Shown: positions 28,529 through 39,608, counted from the first letter of the stretch. The stretch: 64,000 bases of DNA from Phycisphaerae bacterium (GCA_963666835.2 CAXXGO010000001.1:1184001-1248000), one strand, 5' to 3'. Numbers and translations: made by a program. The notes: a model not told the origin generated them from the sequence alone.

Positions 28529-29224
28529 ATGGCAAATGCATCGGTCGGGATCATCCGGGATTGCAGTCTCTTCTGCGGACTAAGTGAGACATCGCTCGAC
28601 AAGTTGGTGAGCATTGCGCGCACGGTCCGATTCAAGAAGGGAGAGCTGATCTTCCGCGAGGGGGATCCGTGTCCGGGCATCTTCGTGGTGGGCGAGGGGG
28701 CGGTCCGCGTGTTCAAGCTCGCCCCCGGAGGCAAGGAGCACGTCCTGCACTTCGCCTACGCTGGGGCGACTTTTGCCGAGGTGGCGGCGATCGGAAAGTT
28801 CGACTGTCCGGCCTTTGCCGATGCCACCGAGGACGCGGTCTGCGCCTTGATTCCGGAGCGAGAGTTCAGGCGGATCGTGACCGCCGACCATGGTTTCTGC
28901 ATCGAGATGATGACCGGCATGGCCAAGTGGGTCCATTCCCTCGTGGGTTTGTTGGAGGATCTGGTCCTTCGCGACGCGACGGGGCGGGTGGCCCGCCATC
29001 TCATCCAGTCGGACGAGACCGGGGGGCAAGGGGAGTTCTCTCTGCCGATGCGGAAGAAGGACTTGGCCAGCCACCTGAACCTGACCAGCGAGACCCTCTC
29101 GCGCACGTTGCATCGCCTGGCGGAGTGCGGCCTGATCGAGACCAAGGAGCGTAAGATCCGGATTCGTGAGTTGGCCAAGCTCCAAGACGTAGCGGACGGG
29201 CTCGCGCCGGCGGAGTTCGCCTGA
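28529..29224 (+). CDS. hcpR: Crp/Fnr family regulator (HcpR/Dnr-like)
   Basis: cNMP-binding-like domain (IFREGD, GKEHVLH, TFAE) and HTH LASHLNLTSETLSR; divergent from the hcp operon. Confidence 0.85.
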   Translation: MANASVGIIRDCSLFCGLSETSLDKLVSIARTVRFKKGELIFREGDPCPGIFVVGEGAVRVFKLAPGGKEHVLHFAYAGATFAEVAAIGKFDCPAFADATEDAVCALIPEREFRRIVTADHGFCIEMMTGMAKWVHSLVGLLEDLVLRDATGRVARHLIQSDETGGQGEFSLPMRKKDLASHLNLTSETLSRTLHRLAECGLIETKERKIRIRELAKLQDVADGLAPAEFA

Positions 29225-29462
29225 CAGCACTTCGGGCTGGACCACAACGTCCTTGCCAAAGAGGAGTGTTGGGGGGCGGAGAGTTGCCCGAAGGAAGCTG
29301 CAATCACTGCCACTCTAACCCGTCTCCCGCGGTCGACCGGCAGGTTCTGATGGATCCCTTCGATGCCGACGGGCAACCGATCTACCGGACGGTTCGGGAG
29401 ATGACCGGCATAAACCCGTCTTGACCGAGCCGGGTGATCAAGTGCCGGGAATGTCCTGAGTA

Positions 29463-31418
29463 TCAGCCAACTGAGGCACAGACCGTGCCCACTGCGGAGA
29501 GTCCCGCGTCCGTTTCGACGCCTTGCGCGGGCGCGAGAGTGAAAAGAAACGTCGTGCCGTTTTCGGATTCGGGGTCGATCCAGATTCGGCCGCCGTGCCG
29601 CTCGACCACCTTGTGGCAAATGGCCAGACCTATTCCCGAACCTTCGTATTCACTGCGTCCGTGGAGGCGCGTGAAGGCCCTGAACACACTCTCTCGATGT
29701 TCCGGTTCGATTCCGATACCGTTATCCCGGACGCTCAACACCAGCGTTCTGTCGGCCTCTTTGGCTTCCAGGTGGATTGTCGGTTGCTGCCCGGGCGCGA
29801 CGAATTTCAGTGCGTTGCCGATCAGATTCTGATAGAGCTGCGTGAGCAACGTGGCGTCGCCCTTGATGTCGGGCAGGTCATCGACGATCTTGATCTCGGC
29901 CCGTGTTTCGGCGATTCGCTCCGCCAGGGCTTCGATGGCCCGATTGGCACAGTCCGCCAGCGACACGGTTTCGGTCTTCATGGCCGCTCGCCCGGCGCGC
30001 GACAGGGCGAGCAGGCTTTGGATGAGCTTGTGCATCCGGGTGGCAGCATCGGTTATGAAGTCCAGGTCTTTGGCAGCACGTTGCGGGAGGTTCCCCCCGG
30101 CGTCCGTTCGGAGCAACTTGCTGAAAGAGACTAACTTGCGGAGCGGCTCTTGGAGGTCGTGGCTTGCTATGTGTACGAAGTCGTTGAGTTCGGCGTTCTT
30201 GTATTCGAGGGCTTCTGCGTATTCTCGTAGCTTCTGCTCGGCCCGTTTGCGCTCACTGACGTCTCGAAGGACTTCGAGCTTACGCATGCGGCCGTCGGAA
30301 CTGTTGTTGAGCGTGGTATCGAGTACTTCGTAGGTGTTGCCGTTCTTGGTGGAGTGCCACTCCCATCGGCCGGTCTCTTCTGGTTTCTCTTTGTTGAGCC
30401 AGCAATTTGGGCAGGCTTCTGTGCGGTTGTCGAGGTACTCGTAACACTTGCGACCCTCAAACGGCCCGAGGAGCTTGGTGAGCGCCGGATTAGCGTACTC
30501 GATGTTGAAGTCCTCATCCGCCACGTAGGCCCCGTCTTCCATGGACTCCAGCATGCTGAGGAAGTTGTCCCTCTCGCGGCGGAGAAGGCGGTTGACCTCG
30601 ACGAGTTCGTTCGACCGCTGCTCAACGAGCTCCTCGAGATGCAGTTGATAGTCAGCCAGCTCTTGCTCGGCTTGATCGCGCTCTCGAAGTCGCCGCGCGG
30701 CATATCGACATCCGATGAAGATCCCGGTGATTCCCAGAACCCAGATGAGCCCGTGTCCCAGAATCATGGAAGCCATGCTTGTGCTCGCCATGGCGTTGTA
30801 GGGGGCCATCGGAACCGATACGCTGATGCCTCCGCGGACTTCACCGAGTTTGTATCCCTGATGTGCATGGCATTTGAGGCATGAGCGCTCAGTTATCATC
30901 GCGTGCATGAGGCGCAGGTACGGCTGACCATCCATCGTTTCTATCGAGCTGATCTCGGTTTCGCCGTGCTCGAATGCCAGCAAGGCCTCGGTCTCCCACG
31001 GATCTGCGGCGTTCTCGGGTCTGAGCGGGTTGAGACTGGTGATGTGCCCGCGGTGGCCGTACTGATCCCGGCCCAACTCGTGGACCTGCCGGGTCATGTA
31101 AGCCGGGTTGACTAGGGTGAGCTGCTTGCCAGTAGGGGTTGTGATATCACGCTCGTCGACGTAGCTGAGATATGGGTTCGGCGGAGTCAGCTCGGTCTTT
31201 GGGACATAGACGCCACCGTGCCGCGATGCCCATCGTCGGTAGATCAGGTCTTTGTTATAAGAACCCCGCGCCTCGGCCCGGGCGAAGTCGACGATGGCCC
31301 TGCGGGTCTGCCCGCCGTTCCAGGTGAGCGATGCGGCGACGATGATCGTCCAGAGCAGGATCAGGCGGATAAGCTGGCGATTCGGATCGCGTGATCTGGC
31401 GCCGGCCGGTCTGTCCAT
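29463..31418 (-). CDS. Membrane sensor histidine kinase with heme-c DUF3365 (Tll0287-like) periplasmic domain and a PAS domain
   Basis: Two TM helices, NPAYMTRQ, TSLNPLRPEN.ADPWE, CLKCH, GEVRGGISV, H-box ASHDLQEPLR, NLIGNALKF, DNGIGI, GSGIGL; start reassigned to ATG 31418. Confidence 0.88.
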   Translation of the reverse strand: MDRPAGARSRDPNRQLIRLILLWTIIVAASLTWNGGQTRRAIVDFARAEARGSYNKDLIYRRWASRHGGVYVPKTELTPPNPYLSYVDERDITTPTGKQLTLVNPAYMTRQVHELGRDQYGHRGHITSLNPLRPENAADPWETEALLAFEHGETEISSIETMDGQPYLRLMHAMITERSCLKCHAHQGYKLGEVRGGISVSVPMAPYNAMASTSMASMILGHGLIWVLGITGIFIGCRYAARRLRERDQAEQELADYQLHLEELVEQRSNELVEVNRLLRRERDNFLSMLESMEDGAYVADEDFNIEYANPALTKLLGPFEGRKCYEYLDNRTEACPNCWLNKEKPEETGRWEWHSTKNGNTYEVLDTTLNNSSDGRMRKLEVLRDVSERKRAEQKLREYAEALEYKNAELNDFVHIASHDLQEPLRKLVSFSKLLRTDAGGNLPQRAAKDLDFITDAATRMHKLIQSLLALSRAGRAAMKTETVSLADCANRAIEALAERIAETRAEIKIVDDLPDIKGDATLLTQLYQNLIGNALKFVAPGQQPTIHLEAKEADRTLVLSVRDNGIGIEPEHRESVFRAFTRLHGRSEYEGSGIGLAICHKVVERHGGRIWIDPESENGTTFLFTLAPAQGVETDAGLSAVGTVCASVG

Positions 31419-31920
31419 ACCATGTCCTTCCAGGGCATCTGGGTGTTTTCGGATTCCGTGAAGACCGGGGCTCGCCATCGGACAGAAGGCGAGCCGACCG
31501 CCGCGAAGCTCGATCCGACAAGACACGCGACTGGGCTCAGGGGATCCGGAGTTGTCGTACTCGCAACGGTCATATCGGTATTGCGGAGGCTCTGATCGAA
31601 TCTGCCGTCCGAACACCGGACGTTGCGAAGAGGGCTGCTCCGGAGTTCTTGCACGAGTTAAGAGTGCCACACCGTTTGCGCAGAACGCTAGGGAACGCCC
31701 TAGTGGTCTTGTCGGTGGTAAGTATCCCCGAATGCCACAGCCGCGTTGCCGATGTCGGCGGAGGTGCGACGGTCTAAGTCATCAAGCTTCGCAGGGGTTT
31801 CCCTTGGTTGATAAGGGGCAAGCCTGTTCCTTCGAGCGGCATTCTACTGCCGCCTTTGAAGCGATTCGGGTGTTGCCGTTCGTCGGTTCAATGGCGACGG
31901 TGTTATGGTTGATCGGCTCC

Positions 31921-32379
31921 TCACGACGGGCCGTGTTGTTCTTGCGTTTTCGCTTGCGGCCCGGAACACACCGTGCCGTCGGAGCCAACGAGATCTTGGA
32001 GGGTAGCGTTATCGAGAAGGCCCTCGATTGTCTCACTTAGCGTCTGCCACACGCCTCGAGCGGCGCATTGGTCGGCGCGCTCGCACGCTTGGGCATCCGA
32101 TACGCAGTGTACCAGCGAGAAGGGACCTTCCATCGCGGTTAGGATGTCGCTAATGCGTATCTGATCGGGAGGGCGGGATAGAATGAAACCGCCGCCCGGA
32201 CCCAGCACACTCTTGACCAGCCCGGCCGTCTTCAGGGCCGTCAGCAACGTGTGGAGGTGCTTTCGGGAGAGCCCCTGTCGCTCCGCGATCAACCCCATGA
32301 GCAGTGGTCCCTGCCCAAAAGCCCGAGCTAGCTCGGACATGGCCCGCAATCCGTATCGTCCTCTTGTTGAGATCCGCAT
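31921..32379 (-). CDS. Rrf2 family regulator with three Cys (IscR-like)
   Basis: ISTRGRYGLRAM, GLVKSVLGPGGGF.L, C-x6-C-x5-C (CVSDAQACERADQC). Confidence 0.92.
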   Translation of the reverse strand: MRISTRGRYGLRAMSELARAFGQGPLLMGLIAERQGLSRKHLHTLLTALKTAGLVKSVLGPGGGFILSRPPDQIRISDILTAMEGPFSLVHCVSDAQACERADQCAARGVWQTLSETIEGLLDNATLQDLVGSDGTVCSGPQAKTQEQHGPS

Positions 32380-32392
32380 TGACGCCCCCGTA

Positions 32393-32439
32393 TTGGTCTA
32401 CTATAACGGTAGACTATTGTTGAAGCAGGTGGATGTCAA
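32393..32439 (-). promoter_or_regulatory. Rrf2 gene promoter with overlapping palindromic operator
   Basis: Minus strand TTGACA (32439-32434), 17 bp, TAGTCT (32416-32411); GTCTAC-N7-GTAGAC dyad at 32396-32414. Confidence 0.75.
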
Positions 32440-32685
32440 GCCGATCGCCTGGGTAGTCTTCGAGTGTTGCTGGGTATTGGCAACAACGCCGGAGTTTGGC
32501 CAACGGAAGATGTCTTGATCCGATGGTGTCGTTGCCCTGCCGGCGTCGAACAGGCCGCCGGTGAGGATACCGCCTCTTGTGCAGAATCTGTTGAGTTCGG
32601 CCGTTTTCTGTTTAGGTCGCAAGTAAGGGGAGCCGGAGACCCACATCGGCCGAGCGATAATATCGTTTTTTTTCGCGAAAGGGTA

Positions 32686-32730
32686 TTGACAACGCGAGTA
32701 TAATAGTAATAATACCGAGTAAGTTTATTG
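32686..32730 (+). promoter_or_regulatory. Likely promoter and Fur/PerR operator of the stress gene cluster
   Basis: TTGACA at 32686-32691 followed by the very AT-rich TATAATAGTAATAATACCGAGTAAGTTTATTG in a GC-rich background; the exact -10 is ambiguous. Confidence 0.55.
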
Positions 32731-32854
32731 TTAAGGCTTACACCTGGAGGTCGGAGTGCTGGACGAGGCAACGGTCGGGCTGGGGCGAGGATGTGCGTGC
32801 TAGTCCGAGCGGGCGCCGAACGGTGACATGCTGGGGAGGACAGGTGTGAGGAAC

Positions 32855-33292
32855 GTGAGAGTGCAACGCAATTCGCGGCAGCGTGAGGTGGTCTTGGAGG
32901 AGCTGAGGGCGGCGAGCTTCCACCCTACGGCGGCGGAGTTGTATGAGCTGGCTCGGGCCCGTTTGCCGAAGATCAGCCTTGGGACGGTGTACCGGAACCT
33001 GGAAGTCCTGGCGGAGAATGGGGTCATCCGGAAGTTGGAGATAGCCGGAGCGGAGGCGCGGTTTGACGGTGATCTGGTGCGGCACCACCACGTTCGTTGT
33101 ATACGCTGCGGGCGAGTGGATGACGTACGCGGCGTCTCGGCGGACTTTGAAAAAGGCGAGGTTTCTGACTTGAGCGGGTACGAGATCCTTGGTTTCCGTC
33201 TGGACTTCGTGGGCGTCTGTCCGGTTTGTGGCGGTGAAGAATGGGCGAATGGAGAAGAAGGAGATTCGCCGCGGGAAGGTGACAAGTTGTGA
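32855..33292 (+). CDS. perR: Fur family regulator, PerR-like
   Basis: HPTA..LY, ISLGTVYRNL, ARFD, HHHVRCIRCG, GVCPVC; GTG start after GAGGA (alternative ATG 32828). Confidence 0.8.
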   Translation: MRVQRNSRQREVVLEELRAASFHPTAAELYELARARLPKISLGTVYRNLEVLAENGVIRKLEIAGAEARFDGDLVRHHHVRCIRCGRVDDVRGVSADFEKGEVSDLSGYEILGFRLDFVGVCPVCGGEEWANGEEGDSPREGDKL

Positions 33293-33369
33293 CGCTCGGA
33301 TCATCGGCTGCGATTACGACGCGCAGGGTTCGAGTGCCGCAAAGGCTTTAAAGAAATGGAGAGGCAAAC

Positions 33370-33882
33370 GTGATGAATCCCAAGATAGAGAGTGCTTTCA
33401 ACGAGCAGCTTAATGCGGAGTTGTTTTCGTCTTACCTGTATCTGTCGATGGCCGCACAGTTCGAGTCGCAGAATCTCAAGGGTATGGCCCGGTGGATGCG
33501 AATGCAGGCGATCGAGGAGCACATGCACGGCATGAAGTTCTTCGACTTTATTAACGAGCGGGGCGGCAGAGTCACCCTGGCCAAGATCAAAGAGCCGAGG
33601 ACGGAATGGAGTTCACCGCTCCAGGTTTTCGAAGACACTTGCGACCATGAACGCAAAGTCACTGAGATGATTAACGGCCTCGTAGATCTTGCGATCAAGG
33701 AGAAGGACCACGCGGCGAATGCATTTCTCCAGTGGTTCGTGACGGAGCAGGTTGAAGAGGAAGCCAGTGCCCAGGAGATCCGGGACAAGCTCCGGATGAT
33801 CGGCGATAACCCGGGGGCGACGTTCATGATGGATCGCGAGATGGGTGGACGCGCGGCGCCGGCAACAAGTCAAGAAGCCTGA
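33370..33882 (+). CDS. ftnA: Non-heme ferritin
   Basis: NEQLNAELFSSYLYLSMA, QAIEEHMH, HE, FLQWFVTEQVEEE. Confidence 0.95.
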   Translation: MMNPKIESAFNEQLNAELFSSYLYLSMAAQFESQNLKGMARWMRMQAIEEHMHGMKFFDFINERGGRVTLAKIKEPRTEWSSPLQVFEDTCDHERKVTEMINGLVDLAIKEKDHAANAFLQWFVTEQVEEEASAQEIRDKLRMIGDNPGATFMMDREMGGRAAPATSQEA

Positions 33883-34036
33883 TCCCTGTAGTGTCTGTGG
33901 GTGTTAAGCGGGTGAAGCGGTGGCCCGCGGGCAGACGGAGACGGATTCCGGGACAGGCGGCGGAGCTTGATGCAACTTGCTCGAGATCCGACTCCAGGCG
34001 CGAACCGTTGTGACACAACGACAAGGAGATGTCGAG

Positions 34037-34369
34037 ATGAAGAAATGGAGATGTATATGCGGCTACATTCACGATGGAGAGGAGCCGCCGGCGCAGTGCC
34101 CCAAGTGTGGGGCTGTCGCGGAGAAGTTCACGGCCTTGGACGAGACGGCTGCGAATCTGGTCGAACGGTCCCGACGCACTAACTCCCTTCATTGCCGACT
34201 CGTGGATCTCGGTCGCAAAATCGAGCGGGTCTGCAAAGATGGTATTGAAGACAATCTGGATCCCGGTTGCGTGGATGTGTTCCAGAAGGCTCTGGCGCAA
34301 AGCTATGAGATCATGAAGCTCTCTATGACGGAGATTCAGGGGCACATTGCCAAGGGGAAGTGGGGTTAA
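34037..34369 (+). CDS. Rubredoxin-like domain protein with helical C-terminal extension
   Basis: AAGGAG SD; MKKWRCICGYIHDGEEPPAQCPKCGA; C-terminal DNLDPGC...EIQGHIAKGKWG. Confidence 0.8.
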   Translation: MKKWRCICGYIHDGEEPPAQCPKCGAVAEKFTALDETAANLVERSRRTNSLHCRLVDLGRKIERVCKDGIEDNLDPGCVDVFQKALAQSYEIMKLSMTEIQGHIAKGKWG

Positions 34370-34476
34370 GTGAGCGTGCGAAGGTCATAAGTGCAAAGTT
34401 AGGGGTTTACAGCCACAAGATGCGGGTAGTCACTGTGTGATTGCTCAACTTGAGGATTAAAAGGAAGCGAAGGATT

Positions 34477-35067
34477 ATGTTAGCTCTGGTAACCAGGGAA
34501 GCCCCGGATTTCACGGCCCAGGCTGTCGTGGCGGGTAACGATTTCTGTGAAGTGAAGCTCTCGGAGCTTCGGGGTAAGTATGTGGTTCTGTTCTTCTATC
34601 CGTTGGACTTCACTTTTGTGTGCCCCTCGGAGATCATCGCGTTCGACACCGCTTTGGATAAGTTCAGGGAGAGGAATGCGGAGGTGGTCGGAGTATCGGT
34701 GGATTCGCATTTCACGCATCTGGCGTGGAAGAACACGCCGCGCGAGAAGGGCGGAATCGGGGATGTCCGGTTCCCGTTGGTGGCTGACATAACTAAGGAA
34801 ATCGCCCGATCGTATGGGGTGCTCCTTGATGACTCGGTGGCGTTACGCGGACTGTTTCTGATTGACAAGGACGGGATCATCCGGCACGCCCTGGTCAATG
34901 ATCTTCCGCTGGGGCGAAATGTTGACGAGGCGCTGCGCGTGCTGGATGCCCTGAGCTTCACGGAAAAGCACGGCGAGGTGTGTCCCGCAAACTGGCGGCA
35001 GGGCGAGGAAGCCATGAAACCGACAGCCGAGGGCGTGGCCGCGTATCTGGCCAAGCGCGCCGGGTGA
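34477..35067 (+). CDS. ahpC: 2-Cys peroxiredoxin
   Basis: [14 protein letters not shown] and GEVCPANW. Confidence 0.96.
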   Translation: MLALVTREAPDFTAQAVVAGNDFCEVKLSELRGKYVVLFFYPLDFTFVCPSEIIAFDTALDKFRERNAEVVGVSVDSHFTHLAWKNTPREKGGIGDVRFPLVADITKEIARSYGVLLDDSVALRGLFLIDKDGIIRHALVNDLPLGRNVDEALRVLDALSFTEKHGEVCPANWRQGEEAMKPTAEGVAAYLAKRAG

Positions 35068-35334
35068 TTTCTGCGGGGGAGCGAATGGGCTCCGAGGTGT
35101 TTCGGATAAGATCGGCGTCTTTGCCAAGTGACGGTTCCGTTCGCGGGGCGTAGACTAAGCACCGTGGGGCGCGAGTGCGATTCGGAAGCGTGGTTCGCGG
35201 ATGCGAAGCAAGTGGACGATCGTTAGTGAGCGCCGGAGAGAAGGTCGGCCCGGGGTCCCGCGTCATAAGCGGAACTTGTGAGGGGGCGGGGATCTCCGGG
35301 CCGTTGGTTCTTGGAATAACAGAAGGAGCACTGG

Positions 35335-35787
35335 ATGGACCTGGGAACTGTCGACGACATTCTGGATTATGCGATCGCGGCCGAGGAGAACGCGGCCAAT
35401 TTCTATACCGACCTGGCGGGCCGAGCGCGGCAAGAGAACATGAAGAAGGTCTTTCTCAAGTTTGCGGATGAGGAGAAGGCCCACAAGGCGAAGCTGCTGA
35501 CGGTTAAAGGCGGTAAGCAACTGCTGTCGGCGCAGGAACGAGTTCGAGACCTGAAGATCGGAGATCATCTGGAGGACATCAAGCTATCCGGAGATCTCGA
35601 TTATCAGGATGCCCTCATCGTGGCCATGAAGGCCGAGAAGAACGCGTTTCGAATGTACCAGGACTTGGCGTCCGCTACGGATGATCCGAATCTCAAAGAG
35701 ATGCTGCTGGGCTTGGCCCAGGAGGAAGCTAAGCACAAGCTGCGGTTCGAGATCGAATACGATGACCACGTTCTGAAGGAGAACTGA
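35335..35787 (+). CDS. Rubrerythrin-like ferritin-family diiron protein without a rubredoxin domain
   Basis: Two E-x6-Y...EExxH repeats (AIAAEENAANFY...DEEKAH; AMKAEKNAFRMY...QEEAKH). Confidence 0.85.
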   Translation: MDLGTVDDILDYAIAAEENAANFYTDLAGRARQENMKKVFLKFADEEKAHKAKLLTVKGGKQLLSAQERVRDLKIGDHLEDIKLSGDLDYQDALIVAMKAEKNAFRMYQDLASATDDPNLKEMLLGLAQEEAKHKLRFEIEYDDHVLKEN

Positions 35788-35946
35788 CGTCGCGGTTCTC
35801 GGCGACTTGATGGGTGAGGGCGGTGGTGATGTGTTAGGGGGCCGACGGTGGTTTGGCCCCGGCGATTCTTGCGATGATGGCCGGTAGTCTTGGCGGTCGA
35901 CGCCGACGTTCTGGGCGGGGACCGGGTGACGAAAGGCGGCGAGCCC

Positions 35947-38118
35947 ATGCGAACTACAACTGACATCCAAGTTGCGATTGGTGGTGAGTCAGGGGCGCCC
36001 GCCTTCACGAATCATCTTGCCGGTGAGACCAGTCCGTATCTATTGCAGCACGCTCGCAATCCGGTGGAGTGGTACCCGTGGGGTGAGGAGGCCTTGGGAC
36101 TCGCCAAGGCGGAGAACAAGCCTATCTTCCTGTCGATCGGTTATTCCGCCTGTCACTGGTGTCATGTCATGGAGCGGGAGTCGTTTGAGGATCGCGAGGT
36201 TGCGGCGATCCTGCGCGCGAACTTCATTGCGGTGAAGGTTGATCGCGAGGAGCGGCCCGACCTGGATGAGATCTATATGACGGCTGTGCAGTTAATGACG
36301 GGCAACGGTGGCTGGCCGCTCAACGTGTTCCTCACCCCTGACCTGAAACCGTTTTATGGCGGGACGTACTTCCCGCCCGAGGACCGCTACGGTCGGCCCG
36401 GCTTCGGTAAACTCTTGGAGCACGTTGCGCAGACGTGGGCGGAGAATGCCAAGAGCGTTCAGCGCAGTGCCGACGAGCTGACCCGTGCGATAAGGGATAC
36501 GGTGGCACGGAGCACTGGTTCGTTAGGATCGCTTGACGCATCGCTTCCGGGACAGGCAGCGCGGGAGCTCGAGCAGGACTTCGATCAAGAGTGGGGCGGC
36601 TTCGATCGGGCTCCGAAGTTCCCGCCGAGCGGGGCGATTGGGGTGTTGCTGCGGCAGCACGCGCATACCGGTGACGAGAAGTTGCTCGAAATGGCCACGA
36701 CGACTCTTGATCGGATGGCCTACGGCGGAATGTATGACCAGCTCGGCGGGGGATTCCACCGTTACTCGACGGACGGTAAGTGGCTCGTGCCTCATTTCGA
36801 GAAAATGCTCTACGATAATGCCCTTATCGCTCGGGTGTATCTGGAAGCATGGCAGGTAACGCGGAAGGCGCTCTATCGGCGAGTTGCCACGGAGATTCTC
36901 GACTATGTTCTCAGAGACATGAGCGACCCGAGCGGCGGTTTTCATTCCTCCGAGGATGCGGATAGCGAAGGCGAAGAAGGCAAGTTCTACGTGTGGACGG
37001 CGGACGAGATCAAAGATGTTCTCGGCAATGAGGCAGGGGCGGTTTTCTGCGAGTACTACGGGGTGACCGACGCGGGCAACTTCGAGGGCCGCAGCATCCT
37101 TCACGTGCCGTGGGATTCTGCCGAGTTTGCCCGGCGCAAAGGCTTGCCGACGAACGAACTCGAAGAGCGGTTAGGGTTGCTTCGAGGCGAGCTGCGCAAG
37201 GCACGAAGCAAGCGAGTGCGCCCGGGCAAGGACGATAAGGTCATTGCCGCGTGGAACGGCATGATGATCTCCGCTTTGGCCCGTGGGTATCAGGTGCTGG
37301 GCGAGGAGCGCTTTCTGAAAGCGGCGATCGGGGCTGCGGACTTCGTTTTGACGGAGATGGTCCGCGAAGGCGGCTTGTTGCGCACGTACCGGGTCAACGG
37401 TGACGGCAAGCTGCCGGCCTATCTCGATGACTACGCCGAAGTGGCGGGAGGGCTGATCGACCTTTACGAGGCGACGTTCGACTTGCGTTGGCTTGATGCG
37501 GCAGACCGGCTGGCCGGCAGGATGTCGGCGGACTTCTGGGATGAAGAGGACGGTGGGTTCTTCTTCACATCCGCAGACCACAAGAACCTGTTGGCGCGGA
37601 CGAAGCCGGTCCACGATGGGGCGGTGCCGTCGGGCAACTCTACGGCAGCGCTGGTGCTTCTTAGGCTGTCGGTGCTTCTTGGGAACGACGAGTATCTTCG
37701 TAAGGCGGACGCGATTGTGGGGATCGCCCAGCCGTTGATGTTGGCTCAGCCGCGGGGATACCTCAACATGTTGTGGGCGGTCGATTTTGTGCTTTCTCCC
37801 ACGTGTGAAATCGCGATCACCGGCCGGCGGTGCAGTGATGACACTCGGCGGCTACTTAAGGTCGTTCACAGCCGGTTCATTCCCAACAAGGTGCTGGCTT
37901 TGGTTGAGCCGGGGGCGTCCGATTCTGCGGCGATCGCGGAACGGGTTCCTCTGCTTCGGCGTAAGGCGATGATCTCGGAGAAGGCGACGGTCTATGTGTG
38001 CCGGAATCGCGACTGCCAAACGCCGGTCAATGACGAAGCGTCGCTGCTGAAGGTCCTGAGCGAACCGGGGTCGGCACCGAACACGATGGACCGGCGAACC
38101 GGCGGAGGGCGGGACTGA
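35947..38118 (+). CDS. DUF255 thioredoxin-domain protein (YyaL/SSP411 family)
   Basis: [57 protein letters not shown]. Confidence 0.93.
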   Translation: MRTTTDIQVAIGGESGAPAFTNHLAGETSPYLLQHARNPVEWYPWGEEALGLAKAENKPIFLSIGYSACHWCHVMERESFEDREVAAILRANFIAVKVDREERPDLDEIYMTAVQLMTGNGGWPLNVFLTPDLKPFYGGTYFPPEDRYGRPGFGKLLEHVAQTWAENAKSVQRSADELTRAIRDTVARSTGSLGSLDASLPGQAARELEQDFDQEWGGFDRAPKFPPSGAIGVLLRQHAHTGDEKLLEMATTTLDRMAYGGMYDQLGGGFHRYSTDGKWLVPHFEKMLYDNALIARVYLEAWQVTRKALYRRVATEILDYVLRDMSDPSGGFHSSEDADSEGEEGKFYVWTADEIKDVLGNEAGAVFCEYYGVTDAGNFEGRSILHVPWDSAEFARRKGLPTNELEERLGLLRGELRKARSKRVRPGKDDKVIAAWNGMMISALARGYQVLGEERFLKAAIGAADFVLTEMVREGGLLRTYRVNGDGKLPAYLDDYAEVAGGLIDLYEATFDLRWLDAADRLAGRMSADFWDEEDGGFFFTSADHKNLLARTKPVHDGAVPSGNSTAALVLLRLSVLLGNDEYLRKADAIVGIAQPLMLAQPRGYLNMLWAVDFVLSPTCEIAITGRRCSDDTRRLLKVVHSRFIPNKVLALVEPGASDSAAIAERVPLLRRKAMISEKATVYVCRNRDCQTPVNDEASLLKVLSEPGSAPNTMDRRTGGGRD

Positions 38119-38324
38119 TGGACTTGGACATGACCCGGTACGCGTGTACAGTCTGCTCCTACGGATATCACCCGATGAAAGGTGATCCCGAAAACGGTAT
38201 TCCGCCGGGGCGTCCCTTTGCGAGCCTGCCGGATGACTGGCGGTGCCCGTGGTGCGGAGCTTCCAAGGACCACTTCATTCCGGAAGAGGGAGAGCAAGAC
38301 CATACAGGTGGAGCGAGTCTGTGA
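38118..38324 (+). CDS. Rubredoxin
   Basis: [32 protein letters not shown]; overlaps both neighbours. Confidence 0.92.
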   Translation: MDLDMTRYACTVCSYGYHPMKGDPENGIPPGRPFASLPDDWRCPWCGASKDHFIPEEGEQDHTGGASL

Positions 38325-39544
38325 ATACGACTTTGTGCGAGAACATTGACTGGGTCGGGTGTGTGGATTGGACGGTCCGTGATTTTCACGGTTACAGCAC
38401 TGATCGCGGTGCCACCTACAATGCATTCTTGATTCGCGATGAGAAAAACGCTCTCATAGACACGGTCAAAGAACCGTTTGCGGATCAGCTTCTGCAGAAT
38501 GTTGCGGCTTTGACGGATCTTGCGAGTGTAGAGTACGTGGTTTGCAACCATGCCGAGCCCGATCATTCCGGAGGAATGGGACGGGTCATGGCGATGCTCC
38601 CGCAGGCTACCCTCGTCTGCGATAAGAAATGTCTGGCGATTCTGGGGCATCATCACGACGTTTCTGGATGGAAGACCCGGATTGTTGCCACGGGTGATAC
38701 GCTTTCCCTGGGCAAACGCTCGCTGCAGTTCATCGAGACCCCGATGGTTCACTGGCCGGAGTCGATGTTCACGTATGTTCCCGAAGAGAAACTGCTTTTC
38801 TCGATGGATGCCTTCGGGCAGCACTATGCCAGTTCGCAACGGTTTGATGATGAGGTACCGTTGTGTACGGTCATGGATGAGGCTAAGACCTATTACGCCA
38901 ACATCGTAATGCCGTTTGCCAAGCCGGTGGCCGCGATCCTGGATCGGGCGGCCGAGCTTGAGATCGATATGATTGCCCCTAGTCACGGAGTGATCTGGCG
39001 CCGGCACATTCCAGAGATTCTCGAGGCGTACCGGAATTGGTCGCAGGGGCGGCCCAAGCCGAAAGTGCTGGTTATCTACGACACGATGTGGGACAGCACC
39101 GGGGAGATGGCTCGAGCGATTCACGAAGGTGCGTCGCAAGCAGGAGTGGCGGCGGGACTTATCAACGTGCGAACGTCCAATCTGACGCAAATCGCCACCG
39201 AGACTCTCGACGCGGCCTGCATAGCGTTCGGTTCGTCGACGCTCAACCAGGGAGTGCTTCCGATGGCAGGGGCGGTATTGACCTACTTGAAGGGGTTGAA
39301 GCCGGTCAATAAGGTGGCCGTGGCGTTTGGTTCCTATGGTTGGAGCAAGGGCGGGGCGGAAGCGGTGGATGAAGATATGAAGGCCATGAAATGGGATGTT
39401 CTGCGCGAGCCGATCAGGGCTTTGTATCGGCCGACCGCGGAAGTTCTGGATGAATGCCGCGCGGCGGGGAAGATTCTGGCGGAGAAGGCAAAAGAGATGG
39501 CGTGCGATCGGAAGGCGAACGGGAGAGTGTGTGTAGATCCGTAA
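38321..39544 (+). CDS. fprA: Flavodiiron protein (FprA/Roo, O2/NO reductase)
   Basis: GTG start overlapping the rubredoxin stop; [45 protein letters not shown]. Confidence 0.95.
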   Translation: MNTTLCENIDWVGCVDWTVRDFHGYSTDRGATYNAFLIRDEKNALIDTVKEPFADQLLQNVAALTDLASVEYVVCNHAEPDHSGGMGRVMAMLPQATLVCDKKCLAILGHHHDVSGWKTRIVATGDTLSLGKRSLQFIETPMVHWPESMFTYVPEEKLLFSMDAFGQHYASSQRFDDEVPLCTVMDEAKTYYANIVMPFAKPVAAILDRAAELEIDMIAPSHGVIWRRHIPEILEAYRNWSQGRPKPKVLVIYDTMWDSTGEMARAIHEGASQAGVAAGLINVRTSNLTQIATETLDAACIAFGSSTLNQGVLPMAGAVLTYLKGLKPVNKVAVAFGSYGWSKGGAEAVDEDMKAMKWDVLREPIRALYRPTAEVLDECRAAGKILAEKAKEMACDRKANGRVCVDP

Positions 39545-39608
39545 GGACCCGGCTTGCGCGGTTCAACGGATGGGTGCGGGCCGGCCCGGACGAATAGGGG
39601 ACTGCGGC

